A stretch of 64,000 nt of DNA from assembly GCA_001816655.1 (NCBI GenBank), contig MHCP01000030.1, forward strand, positions 5,623-69,622. The letters run 5' to 3'. A program made the translations under genes and the position numbers. This DNA comes from Candidatus Woykebacteria bacterium RBG_13_40_15 (GTDB taxonomy: Bacteria; Patescibacteriota; Microgenomatia; Woykebacterales; RBG-16-39-9b). The notes beneath the pieces are model-generated. The model was not told the origin of the DNA and did no database searches. It worked only from the letters and a program-made list of their open reading frames with translations. Below are positions 39,538-49,461 of the stretch, one piece after another (positions within the stretch are counted from its first letter, which is position 1; each line of letters begins with the position of its first letter).

Positions 39538-39784
39538 CGGTCACTCCCCCTTTTTCCGATTTTCCAATCTCGCTCTAACCAATTTGGGCTTATAATAGTA
39601 TTGTTTGCAGCAAAAAGCAAATTTTAAGAGCTTTTTTAGCGCAAGCAGACAAAAAAATTGATTATTTTAACCTATACCCGTAGCCTTCTTGTTCTAATTT
39701 GATACTTTGGGATATAATTAAGTTAATAACCCGCTAAAGCGTGATGTAAATAATTAACACGCCAATTAAGCGTAGTTATTACTT

Positions 39785-40282
39785 ATGAAAATAATTGTAA
39801 CAGCAGGGCGTGGTGAAGGTAGTACCACACTTTCAGCATTTGATGCCGCTTTGAAAGAGGCGGGGATTTTAAATTACAACATAATCCGTCTAACCTCGGT
39901 CATTCCACCTGGGACTGAAGTTGTTGAAGGAAAATGGCCAAACGGGCCGGCTGAACATGGTAAAAAACTCTATACCGTTTTATCTGACATGAGAACAGAC
40001 CTTCTTGGCCGATCGATTGCAGCTGGAATCGGTTGGTATCAAGACAAAGACGGAAGAGGAATCTTCGCAGAACATACAGATATAATAGAAAGTTTAAATG
40101 GAAAAGAAGCAGAAAGAAATGTCAGGCTAAAGATTCAAGCAACCATTAAAGATCTGTGTAAACATAGAGAGTATCAATTCGAATTGAAAAAACTAAAAAT
40201 GATTGTTTCTTCAGCCGAAGTAACAAATAAACCTACTTGCACACTCGTTGCGGCAGTTTACCAGTCAGAACCATTCAAATAG
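39785..40282 (+). CDS. pdaD: pyruvoyl-dependent arginine decarboxylase family protein (PdaD-like)
   Basis: AGRGEGSTTLSAFDAALKEAGILNYNIIRLTSVIPPGTEV matches the PdaD signature around the self-cleavage serine. The product is 165 aa, which fits the expected size. Confidence 0.65.
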   Translation: MKIIVTAGRGEGSTTLSAFDAALKEAGILNYNIIRLTSVIPPGTEVVEGKWPNGPAEHGKKLYTVLSDMRTDLLGRSIAAGIGWYQDKDGRGIFAEHTDIIESLNGKEAERNVRLKIQATIKDLCKHREYQFELKKLKMIVSSAEVTNKPTCTLVAAVYQSEPFK

Positions 40283-40307
40283 CCTGAACTAGCCTCAAAA
40301 CTATAGG

Positions 40308-40907
40308 TTGATTTCCCTACTCAAATGTGGTAGAATTTATGCACAAAATAAATACAGAAGGAAGGGGATGGCTAAATTGGCACTTTTAACAACTGCAAAG
40401 CGTCCACTCAGGTTTGCCATTACGGCCCTCCTTGCTATTCCAGTTATCGCTGGGGTGGTATGGGATGAGGTCTTGCTGGCAGGCCCAATCATATTCCTGG
40501 TCGACGTCTTTGGATTTTGGCTGGGGTATGTAGTTTTCTGCCTTGCGTGGGCAGGAATCGGCCTTTTTGTTCTCTCCGTATGGCTTCGAATCGAGCCGTG
40601 GGTCAAGAAGCATCTGCTCCACCCCATCTTTGGCAAGAGAGAATCCAAAAACAAAAAGGAGGAAAGGTCGAAAAGCTGGCGTGAAAGGCTAGTGTTTTGG
40701 TTTGCTCGTATGACACGGGCAATCGGAGCGCTAGCAGCAGCGGTAATCCTAGGACCTGTATACGGCTGGGCGGTTTTCAAACTGCTTGGTTATCGTGAGC
40801 GGGACGTCTACATCCTAACCCTAATCGCCACCTGGATCTTTGGCGCGATCTGGGTACCGTTTTATGGCTTGGGCGTATGGGGTTTCGGCCTCAGCCGACT
40901 GTTCTAA
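40308..40907 (+). CDS. membrane protein, hypothetical (GC-rich island gene; real start may be the internal Met near 40368)
   Basis: It has 4-5 hydrophobic helices with a basic linker. It overlaps the next ORF. Confidence 0.45.
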   Translation: MISLLKCGRIYAQNKYRRKGMAKLALLTTAKRPLRFAITALLAIPVIAGVVWDEVLLAGPIIFLVDVFGFWLGYVVFCLAWAGIGLFVLSVWLRIEPWVKKHLLHPIFGKRESKNKKEERSKSWRERLVFWFARMTRAIGALAAAVILGPVYGWAVFKLLGYRERDVYILTLIATWIFGAIWVPFYGLGVWGFGLSRLF

Positions 40908-40926
40908 AGAAGGAGGCAGACCAGTC

Positions 40927-41514
40927 ATGACAATCGGTACACCACGGACAGATGTTGTGGTCTCTACCAAGGACGATTTCTCGGAAGAGGAGATCGAACA
41001 TCTCTGGGAGATGTACGACGAAGCCTTTAAGGCTAAACGTACGGAAAACCCATGCAGACAGTACTATCGCCACAACGATTTCTGCGATGCGATGAAGCAT
41101 CCCGATTTCGTCAGGCTAATTGGCACTGACCGTGGGGAGGTAAGGTTCTTCTGCCTCTTAACCCGGCAGTTTGAACTGATCCCCTGGATAGAACCAGCCT
41201 ACTACGAGTGCCACTACCCGCAGTTTGTAGGGCACATGATCTACATCCCTGTGATCTTCGTGCCAATCAATCTGAAGGGAGCTGGGTACTTCAGACCCCT
41301 CGTCGAGGCGATTCAACGGCATATGTGGGAATACAACATCTGGGCAGTCCTCTACGACCATGGTGGTGCAGGAGCAATCAGTCTACTAACTGAGATGATC
41401 CTTCGCACCCCCAACATAAAATCTCTGGGGACCATCGGCACCCAGGTGTACAAAGGTGTCGTGACATTCCCACCCGGTAAATGGCCTGAAGGACTCCGCT
41501 TGAAGGCGATGTAG
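40927..41514 (+). CDS. hypothetical protein, possibly acyltransferase-like (GC-rich island gene)
   Basis: The start was chosen at the internal Met, MTIGTPRTD, to avoid a 68-nt overlap. No confident motif was found. The product is rich in Tyr and Trp. Confidence 0.4.
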   Translation: MTIGTPRTDVVVSTKDDFSEEEIEHLWEMYDEAFKAKRTENPCRQYYRHNDFCDAMKHPDFVRLIGTDRGEVRFFCLLTRQFELIPWIEPAYYECHYPQFVGHMIYIPVIFVPINLKGAGYFRPLVEAIQRHMWEYNIWAVLYDHGGAGAISLLTEMILRTPNIKSLGTIGTQVYKGVVTFPPGKWPEGLRLKAM

Positions 41515-41626
41515 CATCAGGACATGCAGTAGTGTTTTGGACCCATGATCACTGAGGGTAGCCATCCAGGTTACCCTCTCCCTTTTTCATTGAAAAAAAA
41601 TAAGCAATCAATTAATATAGAACCAG

Positions 41627-43882
41627 ATGGCCACAAATAACTTTATTTCAATAGCCACAGTTATTACCTCTTTTTTACTTGGTACGTACATAATTTATAA
41701 AGACCCCAGGAATAAAATAAATCTAGCTTTCGCTGTGTCGACTTTTTGTGTAACAGGTTGGGTGTTAGTAAATTATTTAGCTGACACCGCTAAAACTCCA
41801 GAACAAGCACTATTTTGGGCACGCATGGCACTAGCCACACCTATAATAATACCCTTGAGCTTACTATATTTTTCTCGGGTCTTTCCAATACAAAGCAAGC
41901 CATTTAAGAGATTAAATTGGTTTTTAATTTCTCTTCCAACTATTATTATTCTGATTCTAACTCCAACAAAACTTAACATAGGAAATGTAAGCTTTACTGA
42001 TTCAGGTCAAGAAACCATCGTCGGACCACTTTATATCCCGTTCGCCATTTATTTTATTGCTTATATATTTGCAACTTTTTTTAACTTATTTAAGTCATAT
42101 AAAACGTTGGGCGGTAGTTATAAAAACCAAATTAGGTACTTATTTCTTGGCTTAACTGGATTTTTCGTAATAGCATTATTAACAAATGCGGTACTTCCAA
42201 TATTTGGGTTGTCTTCATTAGTCAGTTTTGGCCCATTAGCTTCCTTGATATTCTTATTCTCAGTAAGCTATGCCATAGTAAAGCATAGACTCTTAGATAT
42301 AGAAGTTATTATTCGGCGGTCTCTTGTCTATTCAATCCTCTTAGCCACCCTAACCGGTCTTTACTCAATTCTCGTCTTTGGTTTGAATCGTGTTTTTCTA
42401 CCGGAAGGAACCGCAGCTTTCCCAAGAATCACAGATATTATCGCTATTGTTTTAGTTGCTTTGACAGTGGATCCTCTCAAGCGAATAATTGAAAGGTCCA
42501 CAGACAAAGTTTTCTTCAAAGCCCGTTACAATATGGAAGAGACTCTAAACCAAGTCTCGGAAAAGATAGCTTCTGTTATTGAGCTACCTCAACTTGTTGC
42601 AGAAATAAAAAAAGTACTAAAGGAGAGTGTTAAAGTAAGTAAAGTAGCTATTTATGCAAAGGCTGATCACCATTATGTACTCCTAGACAGTACTAATGAT
42701 TTCCACCACCACTTAGATATCTCAACCGAGAAAAAACATTTCATTAAAGACTATCTTGAAAAAAACCCCAAGCTCGTTGTTCTCAGTGACGTAAATCAAG
42801 ACCTGCAAGACAATAAATGGGTGGATCCCAGTCTTGCTGAAACAGTAAAAGCTTTAAGCGAGCACAAGGTTGAAATAATTGCCCCGCTTCTCGTCAAAGG
42901 AGGGCTAACGGGTGCAATGTTTCTAGGCGAAAAACTTTCCCAAGATATTTACTCCAACGAAGACCTACGATTTATTGAGATCCTATCCCACCAAGCAGCT
43001 TTAGCACTTGAAAACGCAAAGCTTTATCAAGAAGAAAAATTGTATGGCGTCCACTTAAAACAAGAGGTGGAAAATGCAACTACGAATCTGCGGGCGGCAA
43101 ATGAAAGATTGAAGGAACTTGATCAGGCGAAGGATGAATTTGTTTCTGTCGCAAGCCATGAACTGCGTACCCCTATGACGGCTATTAAATCTTATATCTG
43201 GCTTGCTTTGCACAATCGAGCTGGTGAAGTAAACGATAAGCTACGCGACTATTTAGATAAAGTCTATACTTCTTCCGAGCGAATGATTGCTCTAATCGGC
43301 GATATGTTGAATGTTTCAAGAATTGAAACAGGCAGAATCCAAATGGAAATTGCGGTTGTTTCTGTTTATAAAGTAGTCGAAATGATCTTAAGCGACCTGT
43401 CTGCAAAGGCTGCGGAACTTGGGGTAACCTTAACGGCTGAAAAAGAAAATATAATTCCCCTAGTCAAAGCTGACAGGAATAAACTAGCAGAAATTCTAAT
43501 GAATCTTGCTGGCAATTCCTTGAAATTCACACCGAGAGGAGGGAAAGTGGTCATTACAGCTAAAAAGAATGGCAGCGCTGTCGAAATTTCCGTAGCTGAC
43601 ACTGGTGTTGGAATTTCCAAGGAAAATATGACCAGGCTTTTTGCGAAATTTGGCCGGATTGAGAGTTCTTATGCAACGGCTGGCCAGGCCGCCTCAACTG
43701 GCACAGGACTTGGACTATGGATCTCCAAAAACTACGTAGAAAAAATGGGCGGTAAGATCTGGGTAAATAGCACTCTCGGCAAAGGTACTACATTTACCTT
43801 CTCCCTTCCGGTAGCTTCCGGAGCCAAGGAAGAAACGGAAATCAAAGAAGAATCTTTTGTCCCTCGGAAAGTCATAACCTAA
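41627..43882 (+). CDS. sensor histidine kinase with N-terminal multi-TM sensor, GAF domain, HisKA and HATPase_c
   Basis: It has about 8 TM helices. The H-box is FVSVASHELRTPMTAI. The N-box LMNLAGNSLKFT and the G-boxes DTGVGIS and GTGLGLWISK are present. No response regulator lies adjacent. Confidence 0.85.
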   Translation: MATNNFISIATVITSFLLGTYIIYKDPRNKINLAFAVSTFCVTGWVLVNYLADTAKTPEQALFWARMALATPIIIPLSLLYFSRVFPIQSKPFKRLNWFLISLPTIIILILTPTKLNIGNVSFTDSGQETIVGPLYIPFAIYFIAYIFATFFNLFKSYKTLGGSYKNQIRYLFLGLTGFFVIALLTNAVLPIFGLSSLVSFGPLASLIFLFSVSYAIVKHRLLDIEVIIRRSLVYSILLATLTGLYSILVFGLNRVFLPEGTAAFPRITDIIAIVLVALTVDPLKRIIERSTDKVFFKARYNMEETLNQVSEKIASVIELPQLVAEIKKVLKESVKVSKVAIYAKADHHYVLLDSTNDFHHHLDISTEKKHFIKDYLEKNPKLVVLSDVNQDLQDNKWVDPSLAETVKALSEHKVEIIAPLLVKGGLTGAMFLGEKLSQDIYSNEDLRFIEILSHQAALALENAKLYQEEKLYGVHLKQEVENATTNLRAANERLKELDQAKDEFVSVASHELRTPMTAIKSYIWLALHNRAGEVNDKLRDYLDKVYTSSERMIALIGDMLNVSRIETGRIQMEIAVVSVYKVVEMILSDLSAKAAELGVTLTAEKENIIPLVKADRNKLAEILMNLAGNSLKFTPRGGKVVITAKKNGSAVEISVADTGVGISKENMTRLFAKFGRIESSYATAGQAASTGTGLGLWISKNYVEKMGGKIWVNSTLGKGTTFTFSLPVASGAKEETEIKEESFVPRKVIT

Positions 43883-43884
43883 AG

Positions 43885-44178
43885 ATGAGATTATTTATTG
43901 ACACCGCAGTCGCAAAAAAAGCAGTTGTTTCAATTTTTGATGGGAAAAAACTAATTGCTAGTGAGGAGGCTTCTCAGCCGTTAGTCGCGATTGACAAACT
44001 TTTGAAAAAAACCAGCAAGAAACTGGAAGATTTTGACGAAATTTCCTCCCATCCTGGTCCTGGCTCTTTCACGGGCTTACGCGTTGGCACCGCAGTTGCG
44101 ATGACCTTAAATTTCGCCCTCGGGAGAAAAGTTGAAATTCCAGATTTGAAGTACGAATGGCCACCAAAAAAGAAATAG
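43885..44178 (+). CDS. tsaB: short TsaB-like protein (tRNA t6A biosynthesis, YeaZ N-domain only)
   Basis: The Kae1/YeaZ signature is SSHPGPGSFTGLRVGTAVAMTL. The product is only 97 aa, as is seen in reduced genomes. Confidence 0.6.
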   Translation: MRLFIDTAVAKKAVVSIFDGKKLIASEEASQPLVAIDKLLKKTSKKLEDFDEISSHPGPGSFTGLRVGTAVAMTLNFALGRKVEIPDLKYEWPPKKK

Positions 44179-44179
44179 A

Positions 44180-44998
44180 TTACTTAATTAGTATGGCCCA
44201 AGCGATTAAGAAAATCCCAAATAAAACTCTATAAACAACAAAAATATTGAAATCGTGCTTTTGGACAAATCCAAGTAAAAGCTTTATCGCTAAAATCCCG
44301 GAAATAGTTGCAAAAATAAAGCCCGTCAGAAAGATTGGAAAATCAGCCCCTCCTTGAAAATCTTTAGCTGAAAGTAGTCCTGCTCCTAAAACTGCCGGAG
44401 TTGACAGCAAAAATGAGAAGCGAACAGCAGAAGTTCTATCAAACTTTTGCGAGCGGCCTGCAGTAATTGTAATACCACTTCGCGAAACGCCAGGAATTAA
44501 AGAAATTGTCTGGGCTACTCCAATAAAAATTGAATCGAACAAATTTGCCTGCGCAGTTTTTCTTTCTTGAACGCTTACCTTGTCCGTCCACCAAAGAAGT
44601 AAGCCAAAAATAACCATAGTCACACCAACAAGTAGAGCACTTCGAAAAGCGGTTTCAATCGTATCTTTAAATAAGATTCCAACGAAAGCAGCTGGAATAG
44701 AACCAACTATTAATAAAATTAGTAATCTCGCATCCGAATCTGAAGAAATACCCCTAAAACCTCTCAGCGTTTGAGCAATAAAAGAGGTTGTTAACCTTAC
44801 CCAATCTCTCCAGAAAAAACCTATTAAAGCAGCTGCTGTCCCAAGATGGGCTGCAATATCAAAATCCAAAGAATTGACTACGCCATTCCAACCAAAAATC
44901 TGCGGCAAGACAATCAAATGTCCCGATGAAGAAATCGGGAAAAATTCAGTTAATCCCTGTATTATTCCTAAAACAGCTGCTTGAAAAATTTGGATCAC
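44180..44998 (-). CDS. uppP: undecaprenyl-diphosphatase
   Basis: The N-terminus AVLGIIQGLTEFFPISSSGHLI and eight TM helices match the BacA/UppP signature. Confidence 0.9.
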   Translation of the reverse strand: MIQIFQAAVLGIIQGLTEFFPISSSGHLIVLPQIFGWNGVVNSLDFDIAAHLGTAAALIGFFWRDWVRLTTSFIAQTLRGFRGISSDSDARLLILLIVGSIPAAFVGILFKDTIETAFRSALLVGVTMVIFGLLLWWTDKVSVQERKTAQANLFDSIFIGVAQTISLIPGVSRSGITITAGRSQKFDRTSAVRFSFLLSTPAVLGAGLLSAKDFQGGADFPIFLTGFIFATISGILAIKLLLGFVQKHDFNIFVVYRVLFGIFLIAWAILIK

Positions 44999-45003
44999 GT
45001 AAA

Positions 45004-45654
45004 CTAAGCCCTTTCAGCAACAACAATTACGTTATCAAGCGTCCTACTACCCCGTACTATAAAAAAACTTACCTTTGAAAAAATACTATTTATAAAATTT
45101 TCGTAATCTTCCAATTCCTGCTTTCCTTTGAAAATTTTGTTAATAGTTACTCTTCCACCGTCTTTCAGCAAATTTTTTACAGAAGAGAAAAACTCGTCTG
45201 TCTCAACACCAGGTGGCGCCCTGTTACTCATAAAAAGATCTATGCATATAAGATCGTATTTAAACCTAGCTTCTTTAACAAACTTAATAGCGTCGTCAAT
45301 GATGATGTTTACATTTGGTTCGTTCAAGGAAAAGTAGTTTTTTGCGATCTTAATAACCTCTGGGTCTATTTCTACCCCATCGATTGCAATAGGACCAAAA
45401 CGCCTTGTAAGCATCTTGGCCACAGTCCCAGCCCCTAACCCTAAAATGAGTACTCTAGAATCCTCCCTTAAAGAAATGTCTTCGGGTATCATCCTATCCC
45501 AACAAGGTTGCCCTGTACAACCGTCAGATCTAAGAGATTGACTTTGAGTAAAACCGCCGATAATGAGGCGGCGTATTCCGGAATTTTCAGCAACTTTTAT
45601 TTCACCACTAATCTCGCTTCTATCTTTGAATAGAATCTTGTCCCATATACTCAT
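45004..45654 (-). CDS. spermidine-synthase-like class I methyltransferase-fold protein
   Basis: VLILGLGAGTVAKML, IDGVEIDPEVIKIAKNYF and DLICIDLF match the glycine motif and the Asp positions of polyamine aminopropyltransferases. The protein is shorter than a canonical SpeE. Confidence 0.5.
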   Translation of the reverse strand: MSIWDKILFKDRSEISGEIKVAENSGIRRLIIGGFTQSQSLRSDGCTGQPCWDRMIPEDISLREDSRVLILGLGAGTVAKMLTRRFGPIAIDGVEIDPEVIKIAKNYFSLNEPNVNIIIDDAIKFVKEARFKYDLICIDLFMSNRAPPGVETDEFFSSVKNLLKDGGRVTINKIFKGKQELEDYENFINSIFSKVSFFIVRGSRTLDNVIVVAERA

Positions 45655-46849
45655 GGAGAGCCTTTGGAAGTTTTACACTGCCATCTTTTTGTTGGTGGTT
45701 TTCTAGAATTGCGATAATCGTCCGAGAAAGAGCAATTGCAGTTCCGTTTAATGTATAAACATATTTAATTTCGTTTCCTTCTCTGTATCGAATATTCAAT
45801 CGCCGTGCTTGATAATCAGTTGTGTTGGACGCACTCGTAAGCTCCCTGTAAATTTTATTAACCGGATCCCAATATTCAATATCGTATTTAAGGTAAGCCG
45901 GTGCGCTCATTTCACCAGAGCAAATATTAACTATACGGTAGGGGATTTCTAGAGCTTGGCAGATTTCTTCTTGCAATGAAATTATTTCCTCGAAGGCTTT
46001 ATCCGAGTCGGAAGGATTAACGAATTTGAAGATTTCTACTTTATCAAATTCATGAACTCGAAATATCCCGTGAGTATATTTTCCGTAGGTGCCGGCTTCC
46101 TTCCGGAAACACGGGGAAAAACCAGCATAATTTTTTGGTAGCTCCTTTTCGGACAATACTTCGTCGGAATGCAGACCAGCAAGAGGAATCTCTGCTGTAG
46201 CGATCAAATAAAGATCTTCGCCCTCGATTTTGTAAATATCGGGTTCTTCCCTCTTGGGAAGGTACCCCGTGCCTTCAACAAACTGTTTCCTAACAAGAGC
46301 CGGGGTAATTACCGGTGGGTATCCTTTTTTGGAGAGAAAATCGGTAACCCAATTGAGTAAAGCTAACTCTAGATTAGCTCCCAATCCCATAAGAAAATAA
46401 AATCCGTGACCTGAAATTTTTGCCGCTCTTTCCTGATCGATAATTCCCAAACTTTTTCCTAGATCCAAATGATCCTTTGGTTCAAAATCAAATTCGGTTG
46501 GCTTTCCCCATTTTTTTATTTCAACGTTATCTTCTTCCCCCTTACCTCTCGGAACATTTGGAGAAAGAATATTTGGAACCTGCTCCATATACTCGTTCAG
46601 CTCTGCCTCTACAGCTGCTAACCCTGCTTCTTTTTTCGATAGTTCTTCTTTTAGCTTTTTTCCCTTTTCGATTTCCTTTTTGGTAGCAATTTCTCGTCTA
46701 CCATGCCTCAACTCTTCCACTTCTCTAATAAGCTTTCTTCTTTCCTCGTCAATTTCCAAAATATGCGCTAGATCAACAACTACGCGCCTTTTTTCAAGTA
46801 TTTCTGAAACTTCTTTTAAATTATCCCTAATATAATTTACGTCTAACAT
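45620..46849 (-). CDS. serS: seryl-tRNA synthetase
   Basis: It has an N-terminal coiled-coil arm. The class II motifs are in FRKEAGTYGKYTHGIFRVHEFDKVE and the C-terminal GSGMAIGRT-like segment NGTAIALSRTIIAILEN. Confidence 0.95.
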   Translation of the reverse strand: MLDVNYIRDNLKEVSEILEKRRVVVDLAHILEIDEERRKLIREVEELRHGRREIATKKEIEKGKKLKEELSKKEAGLAAVEAELNEYMEQVPNILSPNVPRGKGEEDNVEIKKWGKPTEFDFEPKDHLDLGKSLGIIDQERAAKISGHGFYFLMGLGANLELALLNWVTDFLSKKGYPPVITPALVRKQFVEGTGYLPKREEPDIYKIEGEDLYLIATAEIPLAGLHSDEVLSEKELPKNYAGFSPCFRKEAGTYGKYTHGIFRVHEFDKVEIFKFVNPSDSDKAFEEIISLQEEICQALEIPYRIVNICSGEMSAPAYLKYDIEYWDPVNKIYRELTSASNTTDYQARRLNIRYREGNEIKYVYTLNGTAIALSRTIIAILENHQQKDGSVKLPKALHEYMGQDSIQR

Positions 46850-46850
46850 A

Positions 46851-47078
46851 CTATTTACCTGATTTTAAAATATTCCTTGCACTACTCGCAAATTTTTCCG
46901 GCACCCAAATTGTCCGGCTAGCCCCCGGAACACCAAAGACACCAGCGCCAGCAGATTCATTACCAAGCCTTGTTGGGATACCTAGGTTAGAAAGTTTTTC
47001 AATCAACATCTCTGCCATCGCCGACGATTCTGCAGTATAAACAGCAATCTCTACTAGATTTTCTTTCTTTTTAGCCAT
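46851..47078 (-). CDS. small hypothetical protein (possibly DUF2007-like)
   Basis: The 75-aa ORF is tightly packed between serS and lysK and is compositionally native. No diagnostic motif was found. Confidence 0.4.
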   Translation of the reverse strand: MAKKKENLVEIAVYTAESSAMAEMLIEKLSNLGIPTRLGNESAGAGVFGVPGASRTIWVPEKFASSARNILKSGK

Positions 47079-48618
47079 TTACAACTTCCGTAAATCTTTT
47101 CTTAACGAATTCTCTATCTAAACTCAACATAAGCCAAGCTGCTTTTGGTCCTGATTCTTTTCCGAGAAGTGCGACATAAATTGCGGAGAACGTTTCGGCG
47201 GAAGAAAGTCCTAGATCCTTACCGACTTTGTAAATTTCATTTTGGAAATCCTCCGGTCCGCCAGCTGGCGGATCTTCCAGCTCTTCTGCAATTTTTAAAA
47301 GTAACTTTCTTTGACTTTCAGAAAGTTCTTTTACTTCTTTTGGCAAGCTCTCTTTAACGCTGAATTTAACATTTTCTGGGGCGAATCTTTCAATGTAGAT
47401 TTTTACGTAGCCAACACGTTTCTCAAGCGCTTTTCTTTCTTCTTCAGTTAAATCTTTTCCTTTTTGCTTTTTAGCTTCGTCGGAAATGTTGATGTTTGGC
47501 ATCTGTACTAAATTAACTAAATCCCGGAATCTTAGAACAAAAATTTCCGAGGGCTGGGAGTCAGTGTGGGACAATCCCCAGACTTCTTTAATTTCTGGAT
47601 CTTTCGAGACTTTTGCCGAATCAAAATCATCAAAAAGCTTTGGAATTGTGTCTGGCTCTGTCGGATCAAAATCTAAATGCTGCGCAGGCCTGGTTCTAAT
47701 TATTAAAAAGCGCAGAACTACTGGTGGTAATATTTCTGAAATTTCTTTTGCTGACACCCCAATTCCCTTGGAACTACTCATCTTTTTACCAGAAACCAGG
47801 AAGTGTTCGTACGGAATGTTGTACGCTGGTTCTATTTTGAAAACCTCCTTTGCGATTGCCTCAGCAGTGTCCCGGGTGCCACCTTTTGAAATATGATCTT
47901 TGCCGGCACCTTCTACAGTAATACAGAAAGCCGCCCATTTTGCCGGCCACTCAACCCTAAATGGAAGCTTCCCGGTTCCTCCATATGGGCTAACACTACC
48001 CTCATAACCACAGCCCTTTGCCCAATCCACCTTTTTTTCGTCGCATTTATAATAAACTAGCTTACCATCCCAATCTGTAGCAATGGTTGTACCTATTTTC
48101 CCGCATTTCTCGCAGACTGGTTGGAATGGAATAAAATCGCGAGGTCTCTTTGAACCGGAAACTTTTTCGTAAATTTCTTGAATTTTTTCTGCCGAGTCTA
48201 GTGCTATTTTTATTTGCTTATCAAGCTTGCCCTCCTTATAAATCTTTGATGTCCACAAAATTTCTGGATTTGCTCCAAGCTCTTTAAAAACGTTGATGAA
48301 TTCTGTGGCAAAATATTCTGCGTAAGAAACCTTGCCTTCCGGTGCTGGAACATCTTTAAGAGGAGTTCCCATATATTTTTCATATTTTTCTTTTGGTAAA
48401 TAAGTGGGGAGGGAGTCCATTGGATCAAAATCGTCAATAATATAGGTGTATTTGGCTTCTACTTTTTCGGTGAGAAGCGATTTGTAAATTAGATCGTGAA
48501 TGAGAACCCCACGTAAAGCGCCAACGTGAACTCTGCCTGAAGGGGTTTTGGCGTCGTTGACAAGTTGGGCTCTCCCTTTTTCTTTCAGTTTTTTCGCTAT
48601 TTCACCTGCCCAAAACAT
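47071..48618 (-). CDS. lysK: class I lysyl-tRNA synthetase
   Basis: The HIGH-type motif is PSGRVHVGALRG and the KMSKS-type motif is KMSSSKG. The N-terminus is MFWAGEIAKKL. Confidence 0.9.
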   Translation of the reverse strand: MFWAGEIAKKLKEKGRAQLVNDAKTPSGRVHVGALRGVLIHDLIYKSLLTEKVEAKYTYIIDDFDPMDSLPTYLPKEKYEKYMGTPLKDVPAPEGKVSYAEYFATEFINVFKELGANPEILWTSKIYKEGKLDKQIKIALDSAEKIQEIYEKVSGSKRPRDFIPFQPVCEKCGKIGTTIATDWDGKLVYYKCDEKKVDWAKGCGYEGSVSPYGGTGKLPFRVEWPAKWAAFCITVEGAGKDHISKGGTRDTAEAIAKEVFKIEPAYNIPYEHFLVSGKKMSSSKGIGVSAKEISEILPPVVLRFLIIRTRPAQHLDFDPTEPDTIPKLFDDFDSAKVSKDPEIKEVWGLSHTDSQPSEIFVLRFRDLVNLVQMPNINISDEAKKQKGKDLTEEERKALEKRVGYVKIYIERFAPENVKFSVKESLPKEVKELSESQRKLLLKIAEELEDPPAGGPEDFQNEIYKVGKDLGLSSAETFSAIYVALLGKESGPKAAWLMLSLDREFVKKRFTEVVNG

Positions 48619-48691
48619 ACGTCTTTAGTATAGACGAATAGTAATTTGGTAGCAATAACGATTGAAGCCCCCACGGTTACCCGAAGGGGCT

Positions 48692-49303
48692 TCAGTTATT
48701 CTTTGCTCCAAATGCTTTCCTCACCTTCTCCTGAACTTCCAGCAGAAGCTTTCGGAGATAGAGGTCCGTTATTATCTGGTCCCCCTCGGCGAAGAAGGAG
48801 TTTAGGGAAGCCATTCCTTCGTTACCTGGCTGCTCCCGGCAGAACAAACCCCAGCTAGCCCCTACAAGCGGATGGATCTCCCGCAGGTAGCGATCTTCTC
48901 GGGTTTTCCCCTCGTAGTACTCTACCCATGCTTCCCGAAGGACATTACGAACTTTCCTACTCAGCGGCCTCGTCAACTTCCACATCGCTCTCTTCTCCTC
49001 AGCGAAAAAGAGAGTCTCCCAATCACGCCAATCCTTCACCCGTTCTCGGGCTCTTTCCCAGAAGCGCCTGATTTGAGCTCTCGTCCGCCCCTTCGAGTAA
49101 ACTTGGGCGGGGTTACGATCGGTAGTCAGTATCTCGTGCAAATCGTGAGCTATTGCTTTGATCGCAAGCTTCGCGAGGTCCAGCTCAAGCCCCCTTGACA
49201 GATTGTCGAAAAACCCGAAGAAGAAAAGGCTTGCACTGTGCTCGAGACTAGACTCAAATCTCGTTTGGACATCCCTATCCGGCCAACCACTCCTAATCGT
49301 CAA
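48692..49303 (-). CDS. hypothetical Arg/Trp-rich protein in a short GC-rich insert (ORFan)
   Basis: The ORF has a long open frame and strongly elevated GC relative to the neighbours. No recognisable domain was found. Confidence 0.4.
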   Translation of the reverse strand: MTIRSGWPDRDVQTRFESSLEHSASLFFFGFFDNLSRGLELDLAKLAIKAIAHDLHEILTTDRNPAQVYSKGRTRAQIRRFWERARERVKDWRDWETLFFAEEKRAMWKLTRPLSRKVRNVLREAWVEYYEGKTREDRYLREIHPLVGASWGLFCREQPGNEGMASLNSFFAEGDQIITDLYLRKLLLEVQEKVRKAFGAKNN

Positions 49304-49461
49304 TTGCCAACCGGAAGATTAGCCTTAAGAGAATCCAGGAGTCTTGATTTTGCGCCATCGTTCTCTCCTCCTTCTAGGATCAAGTCCTATTAGAAACTGC
49401 CGATCGACGCAAAGGTGGAGCGTATTATATATTATTTAGGGTATATTTGCAAGCTACAGGA

